DNA from: Leucoraja erinacea
Taxonomy: Eukaryota
Direction: 5' to 3'
Assembly: GCF_028641065.1 (NCBI RefSeq)
Contig: NC_073388.1
Coordinates: forward strand, 46,686,001-46,750,000
Length of the DNA stretch: 64,000 nucleotides
Positions 60,844 through 64,000 of the stretch are shown one piece after another (position 1 is the stretch's first letter; the number at the start of each line of letters is the position of its first letter). Under the pieces are notes generated by a model. That model was not told the origin of the DNA. It made no database searches and saw only the letters and a program-made list of their open reading frames with translations. The position numbers and the translations under genes were made by a program.

Positions 60844-62395
60844 TCAATCACTTGTTAAGTTTTGTGGAGTAGATTGCTTCAAGCGAATACTGAGAATTTG
60901 AATTCCTTTAGATCCTGTTATCCAGTAGCCATTGCTAACATCTTGAATGTGGCAAACTATGATTTCAGGCACAACACTTCATCAGAATGAATGAGTGTGA
61001 AATGTTAACTTACCACAGGTGCTGTTCACAAACAGCACAGCAAGATTTCCCTGCAGGTCTTGGATATTGTTTTAAAGTAGAACACATTTTTGCGCTGATA
61101 ATTTAGGTAATTAGAGAAAGTCATGCAAAATTGTACAGGGGTAAAAAACGTTAATAGTCTAGCATACCTGGCACTATGGATGTGTCAAACTACCTAATCT
61201 CCAGGCTGTATTCCCAAAGTGCTGGAATACGTCTGCGGGTCTGGCAGCATCTATGGAGAAAAAGGATGGGTGTGCCCTTCTTCAGATCCAAAAAGTCACC
61301 CATCTTTTCATTCCAGAGATGCTCTCTGACCCACTGAGGTACACCTGCACTTTGTGTCTATCTTCAGTACATCATCTGCAGTTCCGTTCTATACTAATTT
61401 TCCCAAATATTAAATAATATCCAATTAAAACACCAATACACTTTTCAGACACGTTTTCGATGTTATACAGTGCCCCAATACTTTCCAGATGTTTCAGTGG
61501 ATGTGGGAGTTGGCACTCTGGTGTGTTAAAGGGACTGGCGAGTCTCCGCGCACGTCCGGTGCACAAGAGGGAGCACGCGAGTCAGAAGTGGAATCATTGG
61601 TATTTCTGAACAATCAGATGGTAGATAATTGAACGGTTGATGACCATTGTTTCAAGTTGCACTGCAATGTCTCAAGTAAGCTGTTTTATTTTACCCATCT
61701 ACGCCACTCTATCAAACCTGATAATGCGGGAGATATCGGAGTCAATCCAGAGGATGAGAGGACCCTCACTACATCGCTTTGTAAATTGTATCACTTTGTA
61801 AACTTGGAATGCTTGTCATCAAAATAGAATAGAAAAAGATAAAAACAGAGAAATAGAGTGTTTCAAAGTTAGAGTTAAAGAGAGCAACAATTCTCAGAAC
61901 AATATAATTGAAGGGTCCTGCCCGACCTGTATGGATTCCCCCCACAGACGAGTTATTCCAGAACTTTGTCTTTTGAATTGAACAAGAAATGGACAAATAA
62001 GATGGGGACAATTGAGAACAATCATATGGAAGGCACAAGTTTTTCTTTCTTTTTCATAGAACAGTACAGCATAGGAAAAGGCTTTCGGCTTACGATGTCT
62101 GTGCAGACCAAGACATCAATTTAAACTAATCCCCTCTGCCTGCACAAGGTCCATGTCCTGTTCACATACCTGTTGAAATACCTCTTAAATGCTGCTATCA
62201 TTTCCTTTCATTTTTCTCTTTGGAGTTCACTTGTCAGAGTTTGATTTTCATGATGTTGTAGGAAAGAGATATTAGCTCTCAAACTGAACAATTTATGCAG
62301 TGCTTTATTTTAGAGAAGATATTCTGGACAGATCCTCACTCCACCATAATTCTGGCTGATAAAATTGAAAGACAAACAAACCCAAGTCTGTGGGC

Positions 62396-62565
62396 ACACA
62401 AAAATGCTGGAGAAACTCAGCGGGTGCAGCAGCATCTATGGAGCGAAGGAAATAGGTAACGTTTCGGACCGAAACCCTTCTTCAGACTCCTTCGGAAAAA
62501 CCTGAGTTTCTCCAGCATTTTTGTGTACCTTCGATTTTCCAGCATCTGCAGTTTCTTCTTGAACA
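62396..62565. mobile_element. Penelope-derived inverted mini-element
   Basis: TSD ccaagtctgtgggc at 62382-62395 and 62566-62579. Confidence 0.82.
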
Positions 62566-62829
62566 CCAAGTCTGTGGGCTACTTCTTGAATTCATCTAGG
62601 ATTCAGAGTGTTAGTAATCTGCTAAAACCGTGTTTGTTCTATAGACAAAACAATGCAGGTACACATATCGTTCTGTTGGGTATCTGCAGCATCTTCACCC
62701 TATGTTGCTTAAACCGTTTAACTGCTCAATTTAATTAATATATTTATTTTTTTCTAAACTTTAGTTATCCATTTGTAATATTTAAAAAAATTGAAAAACT
62801 AGTTTTTAACTTTTTAAGAGGTCTTTAAC

Positions 62830-63110
62830 TTTAGAGATACAGCACGGAAACAGGCCTTTCGGTCCAAGTCCACACTGACCAGCGATCACACTGTACACTA
62901 GTGCTATCCTACACGCCAGGAACAATTTACAAATCTACCAAAGCCAATTAACCTACAAATCTCTTTAGAGTGTAGGGGGAAACCAGAGCATCCGGAGAAA
63001 ACTCATGCGGTCACAGGGAGAACATACAAACTCCAAACAAACAGCATCTATAGTCAAGATCGAACCCGGGTCTTCGGCGATATAAGGCAGCGACTCTACC
63101 ACTGCACCAT
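62830..63110 (-). mobile_element. HE1-like SINE (further copies near 47140-47498, 49320-49580, 50095-50220 and 50390-50700)
   Basis: Reverse complement of the box A/B head, V-domain and gggccgaaggg/aggcctgtttccgtgctgtatctctaaa tail. Confidence 0.8.
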
Positions 63111-63589
63111 CACACAAAAAAAACCCACTGGCTATGAACAATGATATAGATTGGGATATGTCAAACACAGCAACTCCTGGGAAGATTTTCAAAAGTATCA
63201 GAATCAGCAGAGAGATTGTATCAAAAATCTATCCAAACTGTAACTCTCAAGGCAAACTAACTAGATATGACAGGTCCTGAAAAAGTTAACTTTGTTTCTG
63301 ATTTTGTTTACACAGAAATAACAATGTGACAACTCAAGCACATGGTTTAGCCTGGACGTTGTTTGATTCCAATTTGTGCAATCTTCTGGTTCATGACTGG
63401 AGCCATATTTATAATAAATCACTGTTTATCCTTGACAGAGAATAGGTTTAACTCAAAAGCTTCCACTTTGAATTTGTATCAAGGGCTGGGTGTAATGATA
63501 GTCTTTTATTGATTTGGATCACCACATTCACAGTCAGAGAAGGGTCGGTTAGCTAGTGGAGCCCAGCGACTCTTGCTGTTGGGGTGAAA

Positions 63590-64000
63590 GATAGAAACAT
63601 AGAAACATAGAAATTAGGTGCAGGAGTAGGCCATTCGGCCCTTCGAGCCTGCACCGCCATTCAATATGATCATGGCTGATCATCCAACTCAGTATCCCGT
63701 ACCTGCCTTCTCTCCATACCCCCTGATCCCCTTAGCCACAAGGGCCACATCTAACTCCCTCTTAAATATAGCCAATGAACTGGCCTCAACTACCCTCTGT
63801 GGCAGAGAGTTCCAGAGATTCACCACTCTCTGTGTGAAAAAAGTTCTTCTCTCATCTCGGTTTTTAAAGGATTTCCCCTTTATCCTTAACCTGTGACACA
63901 TTGTCCTGGACTTCCCTAACATCGGGAACAATCTTCGTGCATCTAGCCTGTCCAACCTCTTAAGAATTTTGTAAGTTTCTATAAGATCCCCTCTCAATCT
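63590..64000 (-). mobile_element. Young CR1/HER1 3' fragment, near-identical to 12985-13425 and 32345-32880
   Basis: RGDLIETYKIL...FFTQRVVNLWNSLPQ and a (tttctatg)n tail. Confidence 0.9.

Overview
Vertebrate genomic DNA, most likely from a cartilaginous fish (skate/ray/shark type), judged from abundant HE1-like V-SINEs and HER1/CR1 LINEs. By reading splice sites I reconstructed five genes in the block syntenic with human Xq24: UPF3B exon 1 (-), head-to-head with a complete NDUFA1 (+, 3 exons, 70 aa); a complete 5-exon gene for a signal-peptide/Reeler-domain-only protein with a hydrophobic C-terminus (-, 198 aa); a complete AKAP14 (+, 5 coding exons, 175 aa); and NKAP exons 2-9 (-). The rest is mostly transposon-derived: CR1/HER1 and Rex1-like LINEs, HE1 SINEs, Penelope-like elements, Helitrons, and Tc1/pogo and Harbinger MITEs. 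The most notable non-genic signals are: (i) a ~137-nt Ingi/Vingi-type retroposon whose 5' end folds into an apparently intact minimal HDV-like ribozyme, with a partly inverted remnant of its parent LINE about 2.3 kb away; (ii) many Penelope-derived mini-elements carrying minimal hammerhead-ribozyme motifs, often as fold-back palindromes with 12-16 bp target-site duplications (TSDs); (iii) a 740-bp near-perfect palindrome in NDUFA1 intron 1. Gene and repeat names come from my recognition of the sequences, not from database searches. Repeat boundaries are approximate unless a TSD or terminal inverted repeat (TIR) is quoted.
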